In this document: positions 30,768 through 41,789 of the stretch, piece after piece
Layout: each line of letters starts with the position of its first letter
Position numbering within the stretch: the stretch's first letter is position 1
DNA from: Trueperaceae bacterium
Lineage (GTDB): Bacteria > Deinococcota > Deinococci > Deinococcales > Trueperaceae
DNA length: 64,000 bases
Direction of reading: 5' to 3'
NCBI GenBank assembly: GCA_965214405.1
Contig: OZ243956.1
Coordinates: forward strand, 1,120,001-1,184,000
Made by a program: the position numbers and the translations under genes
Notes under the pieces: generated by a model
What the model was told of the DNA's origin: nothing
The model's database searches: none
What the model saw: the letters and a program-made list of their open reading frames with translations, nothing else

Positions 30768-31748
30768 TCACACCCTCCGCAAACGGTCGATGCGTTCGTC
30801 CAAAGGCGGGTGCGTTGCGAAAAGTCCTTTGGCGTTAAAATGTTTTACCGGGTTGGCAAAAAACATGTGCTGCACGCCTTCGGAGACCTCGAGCCTGTCT
30901 CCCTTATAATCTCTAAGTTTTTCCAAAGCCCGCGCCAGCCCCTCCGGGTTGCGGGTGATGTACGCGCCCGTGGCGTCGGCCAGAAATTCGCGGCGGCGAC
31001 TCACCGCGAAGCGCAGCAGCGTCGCCAGGACGGGCGCGAGGACGAGGAGCACGACGAGCAGCACCATTGCGACGGCCTGCCCACCCCCCGAGCCGCCGCC
31101 TCTACGGTCGCGCCGCCTCCCGCCCCCAAAGCCTCCCCCAAAACCCCCGTAGCGCGTAGAACGCAGCACGAGGTCGCGGATTAAAAGAATCGCGCCCACG
31201 GTCGCGGCGAGCATTGAGGTGAACAAAATGTCATAGTTTTTGATGTGCGACATCTCGTGCGCGATGACGCCCTCGAGCTCCTGCCGGTCTAGCAGCTCCA
31301 ACAGCCCCGTCGTCACCGCCACCGCGCTGTGTTCGGGATTGCGACCCGTGGCAAAGGCGTTGGGGGCCGCCGAGTCGATCACGTACACCTCGGGCGCGGG
31401 CACCCCCGCGCCGATCGCCACCGCCTCGGTTACGTTGATGAGGTAGCGGTGCTCTTCGGGCGTCGCGGGCCGCGCGCGGGCGGCGCGGAGGGCCATCTGG
31501 TCCGAAAACCAGTAAGCCACCATATTTTGCGTCAGAGCGAGCCCCACGGCGATGACGATAAAGAGCACCGCCGCCTGACGGTCCACCGCGAGCGCCAAGA
31601 GGTACGCGATGGCCGCGAGGAGCACCACGACGAAAAGCGCCAGGAGCCACGAGAGGCGGATGTTGGCCGCTTTCCAGTCGAGCAGGTTGATTTTGCGCCC
31701 CGTCGCGGGGTCGGTGATTTCGTTGGGAAGCGTGGAGGTGGTTTGCAC
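30768..31748 (-). CDS. htpX: M48 zinc metalloprotease HtpX
   Basis: PNAFATG, HEMSH, SRRREFLAD, THPP; downstream of lemA. Confidence 0.93.
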   Translation of the reverse strand: MQTTSTLPNEITDPATGRKINLLDWKAANIRLSWLLALFVVVLLAAIAYLLALAVDRQAAVLFIVIAVGLALTQNMVAYWFSDQMALRAARARPATPEEHRYLINVTEAVAIGAGVPAPEVYVIDSAAPNAFATGRNPEHSAVAVTTGLLELLDRQELEGVIAHEMSHIKNYDILFTSMLAATVGAILLIRDLVLRSTRYGGFGGGFGGGRRRDRRGGGSGGGQAVAMVLLVVLLVLAPVLATLLRFAVSRRREFLADATGAYITRNPEGLARALEKLRDYKGDRLEVSEGVQHMFFANPVKHFNAKGLFATHPPLDERIDRLRRV

Positions 31749-31756
31749 GGACGGCT

Positions 31757-32308
31757 TCAGGAACCGCTAAAAGAGACTTGCGGGGCCTGACGTTCGGTCT
31801 CGGGAATCTCTAAATAAACCTGCTCCTGCTTGCCCATCGGCCCGGCGAGCAGAGAGCCCGGCAAGGTCTCGATGGCGTTGTTGTATTGCAAGACCGAGTC
31901 ATTGTAAAACTGCCGCGCGTAAGCGATTTTGTTCTCGACCGAAGAAAGTTCTTCTTGCAGCACGCGGAAATTCTCATTCGCCTTGAGCTGGGGATAATTT
32001 TCTGAGATGGCAAAAAGCCGACCCAAGGCGGCGCTCATCGCGTTGGCGGCCTCTGCGGATTCGGGCACGTTCGAAGCGTTCATCATGCGCTCTCTCGACT
32101 TTGCCACCTGCGCGAACACCTCTTTTTCGTGCGCGGCGTAGCCCTTGACCGTTTCGACCAAGTTGGGGACCAGATCGTTGCGGCGCTTGAGCTGCACGTC
32201 AATCTGGCTCCAGGCGTTGCCGACGCGGTTTTCTAGGGTGACAATGCGGTTGTAGGTGCTTACGGCGAACACGGCGAGTATAACCAGGACGATCAGGATA
32301 AGCCACAT
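31757..32308 (-). CDS. lemA: LemA family protein
   Basis: [38 protein letters not shown]. Confidence 0.96.
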   Translation of the reverse strand: MWLILIVLVILAVFAVSTYNRIVTLENRVGNAWSQIDVQLKRRNDLVPNLVETVKGYAAHEKEVFAQVAKSRERMMNASNVPESAEAANAMSAALGRLFAISENYPQLKANENFRVLQEELSSVENKIAYARQFYNDSVLQYNNAIETLPGSLLAGPMGKQEQVYLEIPETERQAPQVSFSGS

Positions 32309-32423
32309 AGCGTCCTCCTTATGGCTCAGTGTAACGCGTCCGGGTGAAGGGGATATCAGGCAAAAGGTGGAGTGACGGAAGTGCTTTTGAAGTTTCCGGC
32401 CAACGTGCTAAAAATAGAGGTGG

Positions 32424-32996
32424 ATGTCAGACACCTTCAAAAAAGACGCCTCATCTTCAAAATTTGCTGATACAGTCAAGAAATTACAGCATGAACCAAG
32501 ACCAGGACTCGAGGATATTTGGGTACGCCTTGGCCCTTTTGCTAACCGCGTCAAAAAGTATTCCGTAGAATTGCTAGAAGAGGAACCCTTTTTCTGGAAT
32601 GCCGGGAAACCCTTCCGGTTAAACTGGCCTGTAAAGCTAAATGTCGAGCAGGTTTCATCTTGGGATGAAGCCCTCTACATCAGAAAGCTTGACGACGTTA
32701 GTGAGATAGAAACTAAGGCCATACAACGTATCACCGCGCTCCTCGAGGCACACGGTAGGAACGCTGAACGTGACGCTATAAGCGACTTGATGCTTGATTA
32801 CCTGTGGAAGCATTTGGAGAAGAGATACCCTGACGCGTTGGCTTGGTATGTACCGTCAGACTTTAAGTTAGCCCTTTTGGAAGTCATTCTCTACGATGTA
32901 GGAAAACCTTCTTTCTTTCGTGAGCGGTGGGCCTGGTACGACGCGGGTCATTTTCCTTGTGGCGTAAAAAGAGATGGTACCAGAGTTATTTTCTAA
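32424..32996 (+). CDS. Hypothetical protein, lower GC, possibly immunity-protein-like
   Basis: 190-aa ORF with AT-richer codons; C-terminal WYDAGHFPCG...GTRVIF. Confidence 0.7.
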   Translation: MSDTFKKDASSSKFADTVKKLQHEPRPGLEDIWVRLGPFANRVKKYSVELLEEEPFFWNAGKPFRLNWPVKLNVEQVSSWDEALYIRKLDDVSEIETKAIQRITALLEAHGRNAERDAISDLMLDYLWKHLEKRYPDALAWYVPSDFKLALLEVILYDVGKPSFFRERWAWYDAGHFPCGVKRDGTRVIF

Positions 32997-33048
32997 GTTT
33001 GCGACTCGGCATTGGACATACCTTCCGGAATTGCATCTACGCCACAGT

Positions 33049-34167
33049 TCAGCTTCGAGTTCGAATCACCCCGCCGCCCAAGAGCCTGTCCCCGTCGTAA
33101 AACACCGCCGATTGACCGACGGTCACGGCGAACATGGGGTCGTCAAAGGTCAGCTCAAATGTATCTTCACCCGTTAGTGTGAGCGTCGCGGGAACCGGGG
33201 CTTGACGGTAGCGTGTCTGCGCCATCACGCGCGTGGGTAGGGTTTCTTTGTCCGCCAGCAGGTTCAGCTTGTTCGCCCTTAATCCTTGCCAGTGACACAT
33301 CGCCCTGGTGCCCACCACAACCGCGTTGTCCGAAGCGCGGAGCTCGAGCACAAACCTCTCCAAATGTGAATGGTGAAGACCCAAACCCTTTTTCTGCCCG
33401 ATGGTGTAGAACTGCACGCCCTGGTGCCTGCCAATCTCCTTGAACCCGTCCGACGCGTCCAAAACGGGACCAGGCTGAGGCTGACTCTCCTCTATAAGAT
33501 AATTTTTCACCGATGAGGAGATAAAACAGAGCCCGTGCGACGAGGCCTTGTCGGCAGTGGCGAACCCGCGCGCCTCGGCAAGTTTACGCACCTCGTCTTT
33601 AGTAAGCTCGCCCAAGGGAAAGAGCAGGTAGGGCAGAATCTCGCGGGGCAACGCCCAGAGAAAATAGGTCTGGTCCTTGCTGTCGTCCGCGCCGCGGTGA
33701 AGTTCCGGGCCGCGGGGACCGTCCGCGCGCCTCACGTAATGCCCAGTGGCGATAAAGTCGCTCCCCAGCATCTTGGCTTTTTGCAAAAACGCGCCGAACT
33801 TAATGTCGCGGTTGCACCACACGCAGGGGTTGGGCGTCTCGCCCGCTTCGTAGGTGGGCACAAAAGGGTCGATGACGATGTCCGCAAATTTGTCGCGGTA
33901 GTCAAGCAAATAAAAGGGCACGTCGATGGCGTCGGCGACGCGGCGCGCGTCATAGGCGGCGTTGGGCGAGCAGCAGAGGTCAAAAGCGCCCGCGGGCCGT
34001 TCGTCGGGCCAGAAACGCATCATCGAGCCGACGACCTCGAAACCGCCCTCCTGCAATAGTGATGCCGCCACCGACGAGTCCACCCCGCCCGACATGGCGC
34101 AGAAGACGCGGGGGCGGGCGGGGGTAAGCAGGGGCACGTTAAGGGGCGTTTCGGCAGGCAAACTCAC
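33049..34167 (-). CDS. mnmA: tRNA 2-thiouridine(34) synthase MnmA
   Basis: AMSGGVDSS, PNPCVWCN, ATGHY, KDQTYFL, TIGQKKGL, GQSAVFY. Confidence 0.97.
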   Translation of the reverse strand: MSLPAETPLNVPLLTPARPRVFCAMSGGVDSSVAASLLQEGGFEVVGSMMRFWPDERPAGAFDLCCSPNAAYDARRVADAIDVPFYLLDYRDKFADIVIDPFVPTYEAGETPNPCVWCNRDIKFGAFLQKAKMLGSDFIATGHYVRRADGPRGPELHRGADDSKDQTYFLWALPREILPYLLFPLGELTKDEVRKLAEARGFATADKASSHGLCFISSSVKNYLIEESQPQPGPVLDASDGFKEIGRHQGVQFYTIGQKKGLGLHHSHLERFVLELRASDNAVVVGTRAMCHWQGLRANKLNLLADKETLPTRVMAQTRYRQAPVPATLTLTGEDTFELTFDDPMFAVTVGQSAVFYDGDRLLGGGVIRTRS

Positions 34168-34792
34168 AGTGAACCAGTCTAGCCCACCGGGCCGCGCACG
34201 TGCGAAAGCCTCTTACAAAAAAGCCTCTTGCAAAGGCGTGTGTCCTAAATAAGGTTGAAACGTGATGAAAGGGTAGGAAACCTCGAAAAAGTAGTCAGGT
34301 ATCAGAATTCGGTAGTTGCGAATTCTACTGACTACCGAATTCTGACTACTCCCTTGAAAAGCTAAATCCAACCTCTCGCAGGACGCACCCCGTGTTGGCC
34401 GGTCAACGCGTATGAGGCTCCGCCCACGGCGGGCGCAGTTCTCAGCGTAAGCGAGAGCAGAGTACGCCCGGGGCACCTACCCATCACCCCTTCGCTTCGT
34501 CCAAACTTGTAAAGGTCTCGTCCCAAAGCGGCGCATTTTTTCTTCGTCCGTCCGGGCTAGCGTGTCGGAAGACGCTCGAGAACCCTGTGATAAGCCGCTT
34601 TGCCCGCTCGAGGTGATAAGCGCCGGAAACCCAGCGGGCGCAAAATCTGAGAGCACATCTAAGCTATAGTGACCAGTACGTCCAAGCCTCAGAGCTCACC
34701 CTTCACACTCAATACGAGGACGCGCAAAAACTAAGCACTAGCCACTCATCACTGTCTCTATTCACCATTGCCCTTAACGAAAGGACACACCC

Positions 34793-36448
<1,656 letters not shown>

Positions 36449-36516
36449 GGCTGCACGCCTTACCAGGGCTCGAGACGTCCTCAGCCGTTGTCTCGTCCTA
36501 TTAGGAAGCAAGACGC

Positions 36517-36546
36517 AAAAAGAGGGCGCTTCAAAGCACCCTCTTT
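36517..36546 (-). terminator. Intrinsic terminator of amtB-glnK, possibly bidirectional
   Basis: AAAGAGGGcGCTT / AAGCaCCCTCTTT stem (G-U pair on the minus strand) with T run. Confidence 0.75.
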
Positions 36547-36573
36547 CCCTTAGAACTTAGAACCTCGTTGCCG

Positions 36574-36966
36574 CTACCTCGCGCCTACCTTTTCTCTCCT
36601 CTTGTCTTTTACGTTTTCTCTCACCGGCGTGACCGCCGACTCGTCCTCTTCGCCCGTGCGGATGCGTACCACGCGCTCGAGGGGCTGGACGAAAATCTTC
36701 CCGTCGCCGACTTCGCCCGTGCGGGCGGCCTTGACGATGGCGCCAATCGCGGTATCGACAAACGCTTCTGAGACGCCGATGGTGAGCTGCACCTTTTCGT
36801 GAAACTCGACCATGTAGCGCGCGCCGCGGTACTGCTCGATCACCTCGCGCTCGCCGCCGTGGCCGCTCACCCTCGAGAGGGTCATGCCGGTCACGCCCGC
36901 CTCGAACAGCGCCTCTTTGACCGCCGCGAGTTTTTCGGGGCGGATAATGGCCGTAACGAGTCTCAT
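36574..36966 (-). CDS. glnK: PII nitrogen regulator
   Basis: TAIIRPEKL, YRGARY T-loop, ARTGEVGDGKIFV, RIRTGE; next to amt. Confidence 0.93.
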   Translation of the reverse strand: MRLVTAIIRPEKLAAVKEALFEAGVTGMTLSRVSGHGGEREVIEQYRGARYMVEFHEKVQLTIGVSEAFVDTAIGAIVKAARTGEVGDGKIFVQPLERVVRIRTGEEDESAVTPVRENVKDKRREKVGAR

Positions 36967-36969
36967 GGC

Positions 36970-38373
36970 TTAATCTCCCGCGACCGCGCCGCCGACGATG
37001 ACGGGGTCGCGCAGCGTGTCATTGGGGGTGTAGGCTTCGGTGCCGTGCTCGGCGATGTCTAAGCCGGTGAGTTCTTCTTCACTGCTGACGCGCACGCCGA
37101 GGGTGGCCTTGAGGATGGACCAGAGAAGATAGGAGGCGGCAAAGGCCACGACGCTAATCACGACGGTACCCAAAACTTGCGTTCCCAAAGACGCGAGACC
37201 TCCGCCCGCGAAAAAGCCGCTCGCGCCGAGCGTGGGCAGGCCGAAGAGCCCGACCGCCATCGTGCCCCACATGCCGCAGACGCCGTGAACCGCAATCGCG
37301 CCCACCGGGTCGTCAATCTTGTTGCGGTCGAGCGCCAGGATGCCCCAGAACACCAGACCGCCACCCACCGCGCCGATGATAATCGCGCCCAACGGCCCGA
37401 CGAACGCGCACGGCGCGGTAATGGCGACGAGCCCAGCCAACACGCCGTTCATCGTCATCGAAAAGTCGGGCTTGCCGAAGCGCGCCCACGACACCATGAG
37501 GGCCACCACCGCGCCCGCCGCCGCCGCAAGGTTCGTCGTCAAGAAGATGTGCGCGACCAGACCGGGGTCGCTCACAATGCCCATCGTTGAGCCGGGGTTA
37601 AAGCCGAACCAGCCCAGCCAGAGGATAAACACGCCGAGCGCGGCAAACGTCATGTTGTGACCGGGCATCGCGTTGACCTTGTTGCCGGTGTAGCGCCCGA
37701 TGCGCGGGCCGACAACCAGCACCGCGCCAAGAGCCGCAAAACCGCCCACCGCGTGAACCACGGTCGAGCCTGCAAAGTCCAGAAAACCCATGCCCGCAAG
37801 CCAGCCGCCGCCCCAGACCCAGTGGCCCAAAATGGGGTAAATAAGTCCCGTCATCACGAGCGAAAAGATGAGGTAGGACGGAAACTTGACGCGTCCGCCC
37901 ACCGCGCCCGACACGATGGTCGCGGCGGTTCCGGCAAACACGAGTTGGAAGATGAACTTGGCCGCCAGCGGCACCCCCGTCCAGCTCAGCGCGCCAAAAA
38001 TCCCGCTATAGGCGTCTACCGAGGGGCTGTTGTCGGGACCCAGCAAAAACCAGCCGTTGAGCCCCAAAAACCCGTTGCCGTCGCCGAACATAAACGCGAA
38101 GCCCACCGCCCAAAAGGCGAGCGAGGCAATAATAAAGTCTGCATAATTTTTCATTAAGATGTTGACGACATTTTTAGCGCTCTGGAGGCCCGCCTCGAGC
38201 AGCGAGAAACCCGCCTGCATAAAGAATACCAAGGCAGCGGCGACGAGCACCCAGAGTGTGTCCAGGCCAACGGTAAGCCCAGCGATTGCAACGGCACTGG
38301 CGTCTTGCGCCAGCGCACCCCCCCCCACAAGCGCCCCCACAAGCGCGAATCCAACCAACGAAACCTTCCTCAT
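36970..38373 (-). CDS. amtB: Ammonium transporter
   Basis: FMQAGF, DFAGSTVVH, WFGFNPGS, DDPVGAIAVHG. Confidence 0.97.
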   Translation of the reverse strand: MRKVSLVGFALVGALVGGGALAQDASAVAIAGLTVGLDTLWVLVAAALVFFMQAGFSLLEAGLQSAKNVVNILMKNYADFIIASLAFWAVGFAFMFGDGNGFLGLNGWFLLGPDNSPSVDAYSGIFGALSWTGVPLAAKFIFQLVFAGTAATIVSGAVGGRVKFPSYLIFSLVMTGLIYPILGHWVWGGGWLAGMGFLDFAGSTVVHAVGGFAALGAVLVVGPRIGRYTGNKVNAMPGHNMTFAALGVFILWLGWFGFNPGSTMGIVSDPGLVAHIFLTTNLAAAAGAVVALMVSWARFGKPDFSMTMNGVLAGLVAITAPCAFVGPLGAIIIGAVGGGLVFWGILALDRNKIDDPVGAIAVHGVCGMWGTMAVGLFGLPTLGASGFFAGGGLASLGTQVLGTVVISVVAFAASYLLWSILKATLGVRVSSEEELTGLDIAEHGTEAYTPNDTLRDPVIVGGAVAGD

Positions 38374-38413
38374 TTGTACCTCCTCGGGACTGCCGCGTGT
38401 GGCGGCTCCTTAA

Positions 38414-38442
38414 AGAATATGCTTAAAACTGCATAGCGTCAA
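38414..38442 (-). promoter_or_regulatory. amtB promoter with palindrome in the spacer
   Basis: Minus-strand TTGACG-N17-TATTCT; TATGC-N8-GCATA at 38418-38435. Confidence 0.6.
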
Positions 38443-38674
38443 GTCTGAATGTGCTGAACGTTCAAAGAAAACGTGACAGGTTAGACTATCAGGTCATCCA
38501 AAAATGATCAAAAGAGGAGAAAATTTGCAGAACGTGATGCCAAAGATGAATATAGTGTTTATTTCCTATGCGCATAAGTTTATTCACAACTGCGTCTCAC
38601 AGCTACACCTCATGGTGGTGGCTCGAGCGCAGACGCTACCTTAAGAGTGTTCATTCAAGGTTTAAGATAAACGT

Positions 38675-39022
38675 ATGGCACACGCAAAAAAATCCGACAT
38701 CCGCCTGACCGTGCATCTCGACGAAACGAACACGCCCGAGGCGATTCATTGGGAGGCGGACGACGCGCCCGAGCCGGGGGAGCAGGCGGCCCAAGCGATG
38801 CTTCTGGCGCTGTGGGACGCGGACTCACGGACCGCCATGCGCATCGACTTGTGGACCAAAGACATGAGCGTGGACGACATGAACGACTTCTTTTTTCAGA
38901 CGCTCCTGACGATGGCCGACACCTACAAAAACGCGACCAATAACAAAGACATCATGGCGGACATCAAAATGTTCGCGCGCGACTTTGCCGAAAAGGCTTC
39001 TAAGCAGGTGACTCGCGGCTGA
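38675..39022 (+). CDS. gldC: GldC-family protein
   Basis: PEAIHWEA...AMLLALWD...MRIDLWTKDMSVDDMNDFFFQTLLTMADTYKNAT matches my recollection of the GldC family. Confidence 0.8.
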   Translation: MAHAKKSDIRLTVHLDETNTPEAIHWEADDAPEPGEQAAQAMLLALWDADSRTAMRIDLWTKDMSVDDMNDFFFQTLLTMADTYKNATNNKDIMADIKMFARDFAEKASKQVTRG

Positions 39023-39196
39023 GCAGGGTATAAAGGACGCTTTGGCTCGAGCAAACCGCACACGATCAAGAATTCAGGAGCTTATTGGGGATACAGCTTT
39101 CTTATAGAAAATAAGGGATAACGCCTACGCCGACAAAGTCACTTCCCTTGGGCGACGTGTAAAAACCGCTATAGTGAGAGCACGAGGAGGTTTTCG

Positions 39197-39469
39197 GTGA
39201 CCCGTGAAAAGACGCAGGTTCTCGTTTACGGTGCGGACTGGTGCGGCCTCACGCGCGCCTTTCGCAACTGGTTGGACACCATCGGCGTGCCCTTTGAGTA
39301 CCACAACATCGAAACCGACCCCGAGGCGGAAGAGGCTGTTAAAACCATGAACGGCGGCAAGCGCAAGTTTCCGATGGTCGTGGTGGGCGAGGTCGTGATG
39401 AAAAACCCGCCGATTCAGGACCTCAACAAGGCTTTAGACCGTTACGGGCTGCTCGAGCAAGACGTTTAG
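39197..39469 (+). CDS. NrdH/mycoredoxin-like glutaredoxin (CxxT)
   Basis: VYGADWCGLT, NGGKRKFPMV, NP; GAGGAGG RBS. Confidence 0.85.
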   Translation: MTREKTQVLVYGADWCGLTRAFRNWLDTIGVPFEYHNIETDPEAEEAVKTMNGGKRKFPMVVVGEVVMKNPPIQDLNKALDRYGLLEQDV

Positions 39470-41364
39470 TAAACCGCCACTTCTCTCGGATGCTCGCCGT
39501 CCCCAACCTGCAAATCGTAAAGCGTCCGGTAGAGCCCGCCTTGCGCCAGAAGCTCCCCGTGCGAGCCTCTTTCTAAAAGCTTGCCGCGCTCTAAGACCAA
39601 AATTTCGTCCGCCCCCACCACCGTCGAAAGCCTATGCGCGATAATCAGCGTGGTGACGCCGCGCCGCGTTCTAAAAAGTCCTTCTAGCGCGTCCTGGATG
39701 ACCGCCTCGGATTCGGCGTCTAGGCTCGAGGTCGCCTCGTCCAAAACGAGCACCGACGCCTCCTTGAGCACCGCGCGCGCGATGGCGACGCGCTGCTTTT
39801 GCCCGCCCGAGAGTTTCACGCCGCGCTCGCCGATTTCGGTGTCGTAACCCTTAGGGAGTTCGCTGATGAAGTCGTGCGCGTTGGCGAGCCGCGCGGCTTC
39901 CAGGACCTCCGCCTCGCTTGCGCCCGGCTTGGCGTAGCGGATGTTGTCGCGCACCGACCCCGAAAAGAGCGTCGGGTCCTGCGGCACCACCGCCACCGCG
40001 CGGCGCAGGGGCTCTAAGCGATAATCGCGCACGTCCCGGCCTCCCAAAAGAATCTCGCCTTCAACGGGGTCGTAAAGGCGGCTCAGGAGCTTCGTCACCG
40101 TACTTTTGCCCGCGCCCGACGGGCCGACCAGGGCGACGGTGCTGCCGGGCGCGACGCTGAACGAAAGGTCGTCCAAAGACAACGTCTCGCTCTCAGGGTA
40201 GCGGAAGCGGACCCCTCTAAACTCGAGCCCGCCCCGCCCAATCTTTTCCTCTTCCCCTTCACGCTCGGGTTCGTCCTCGAGCAAGTCGTTCACCCGCTCC
40301 AACGCCGCCATCCCCGCCTGGAGCACGTTGTTGAAGTTCATGACAAACACGACGGGGGTAATCAGGTTGTTGAGATAGAGCAAAAACGCGGTGAGTTCGC
40401 CCGTGGTGAGTTGCAGCGCGCCGGGCAAATCGCTCCCCGCGCGGCTCCGCACGATGAGCCAGCCCCCGACGAGCAGGAGCGCGCCCACACCGCCCTCCGC
40501 GCTGAGGCCCACAAAGCCCTGCATGAGGCCGACCTGCTTGCGGCGGTCCAAGTTGAGCTTGACGTAGGCGTCATTTTCCTTTTCAAAACGTCCCAGTTCA
40601 AAAGCTTCATTGGCAAAACCCTTGACCACGCCGATGCTGCCGACTGCCTCGGTGGCGGTCGCGGTCATCTCGCCCACGCGGGCGCGCACGCCCCGCGCGA
40701 GCGTGCGCAACGGTCCCTGGTAGTAGACCGTAAAAAAGGCCATCAGCGCCACCACGACGAGGCTCAGCGCGGCCAAAAGCGGGTTCATCACGAACAAAAT
40801 CACCAGCACCACCACGATGCTAAAAAGCTGCCCGACGATGCGCGACGCGCCAGCTTGGATCATCGACTCGAGCGCGTTTACGTCCGACACCACCCGCGAC
40901 ACGAGCGAGCCCGAGCGCTCGGCGGTAAAGCGCGTGAGGGGGAGTTTCAAGAGCCTCGAGTAGGCGCGCATCCGGATGTCGGCAATCACCGACTGGGTAA
41001 AGGCAAAACTCAGGTACATCGACGCGTAACTCACCGCCTCGCTCACCACGTAAAACACCGCGAGCCCCGCGCCCATGAGCAAAAATAGGCGCGCCTCGCC
41101 CCGCGGGATAAGCTGGTCGATGACGATGCGCACAAACTGCGGGCTGAGTTGCGCCAACGCCGCCGACAGGGCGATAAGCAGCGACAGCCCCACCACCTGC
41201 CACTTGCGCGGCGCAAGGATTTCCCAGAGGCGCGCTAAGCTTTTTTGACCTATCGACGGACCGTTTGTAACCTCTTCTTGTGACGTTCTGCGGGATTCGT
41301 CTTCTTTATCCCTACCGGGTTTGTCTTTGGAAGGCTCGTCTTTAGCAGCTTCTTCTCGAATCAT
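39466..41364 (-). CDS. ABC exporter, fused permease/ATPase
   Basis: TM domain, GPSGAGKST, LSGGQKQR, LDEATSSLD, AHRLST. Confidence 0.95.
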   Translation of the reverse strand: MIREEAAKDEPSKDKPGRDKEDESRRTSQEEVTNGPSIGQKSLARLWEILAPRKWQVVGLSLLIALSAALAQLSPQFVRIVIDQLIPRGEARLFLLMGAGLAVFYVVSEAVSYASMYLSFAFTQSVIADIRMRAYSRLLKLPLTRFTAERSGSLVSRVVSDVNALESMIQAGASRIVGQLFSIVVVLVILFVMNPLLAALSLVVVALMAFFTVYYQGPLRTLARGVRARVGEMTATATEAVGSIGVVKGFANEAFELGRFEKENDAYVKLNLDRRKQVGLMQGFVGLSAEGGVGALLLVGGWLIVRSRAGSDLPGALQLTTGELTAFLLYLNNLITPVVFVMNFNNVLQAGMAALERVNDLLEDEPEREGEEEKIGRGGLEFRGVRFRYPESETLSLDDLSFSVAPGSTVALVGPSGAGKSTVTKLLSRLYDPVEGEILLGGRDVRDYRLEPLRRAVAVVPQDPTLFSGSVRDNIRYAKPGASEAEVLEAARLANAHDFISELPKGYDTEIGERGVKLSGGQKQRVAIARAVLKEASVLVLDEATSSLDAESEAVIQDALEGLFRTRRGVTTLIIAHRLSTVVGADEILVLERGKLLERGSHGELLAQGGLYRTLYDLQVGDGEHPREVAVY

Positions 41365-41505
41365 CTACTCGAGCCTACCCCGCCCCTCACCAAAGTTTTG
41401 GAAGATGCCGCACAGCGTGAAGGAACAAGCGCAGCGCCTTAAAAGTGAACGCTACCCCAGCTCTAAAGCTTTAACAACCAGCGAAACAGGAAGGTGTATT
41501 TTCTT

Positions 41506-41709
41506 TCACTCCCTCTCCGCCGCCGCCCGCAACGAAATTGCCTTTTTTGGTTTTACTTTGACGCCGCCGCGTTTGAGCACGGCTTTGGCAAACGCCTCGA
41601 GCGGGATTGGCGGAACGTCGGTGTAGTCTATGTCTTCGTCGCGCATGGCGTTGACGCGCTCCCAGTCGGTTTTAGAAGCCTGCGCTTTAGTGATGGCCTT
41701 CCGTTTCAT
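41506..41709 (-). pseudogene. Truncated BrnA-type antitoxin
   Basis: SKTDWERVNAMRDEDIDYTDVP...KKAISLR then stops before the expected DNA-binding domain. Confidence 0.75.
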
Positions 41710-41789
41710 ATTGGTTTCCTTTCACGTTGAGGTGTACGGCAGCCCTGAACTTCCGAGGCTAGCTTCTTGAGCAGAACCTGTCTCAAAAA

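Noticed and set aside
34380..34490. TPP or fluoride riboswitch on the minus strand (GCTGAGA, GGTGATGG)
   Set aside because: Other conserved elements are absent and there is no suitable downstream gene.
34617..34720. AGCGCC...ACGAGG as a glmS ribozyme
   Set aside because: Core spacing and downstream conserved elements are missing, and the downstream gene is pgi.
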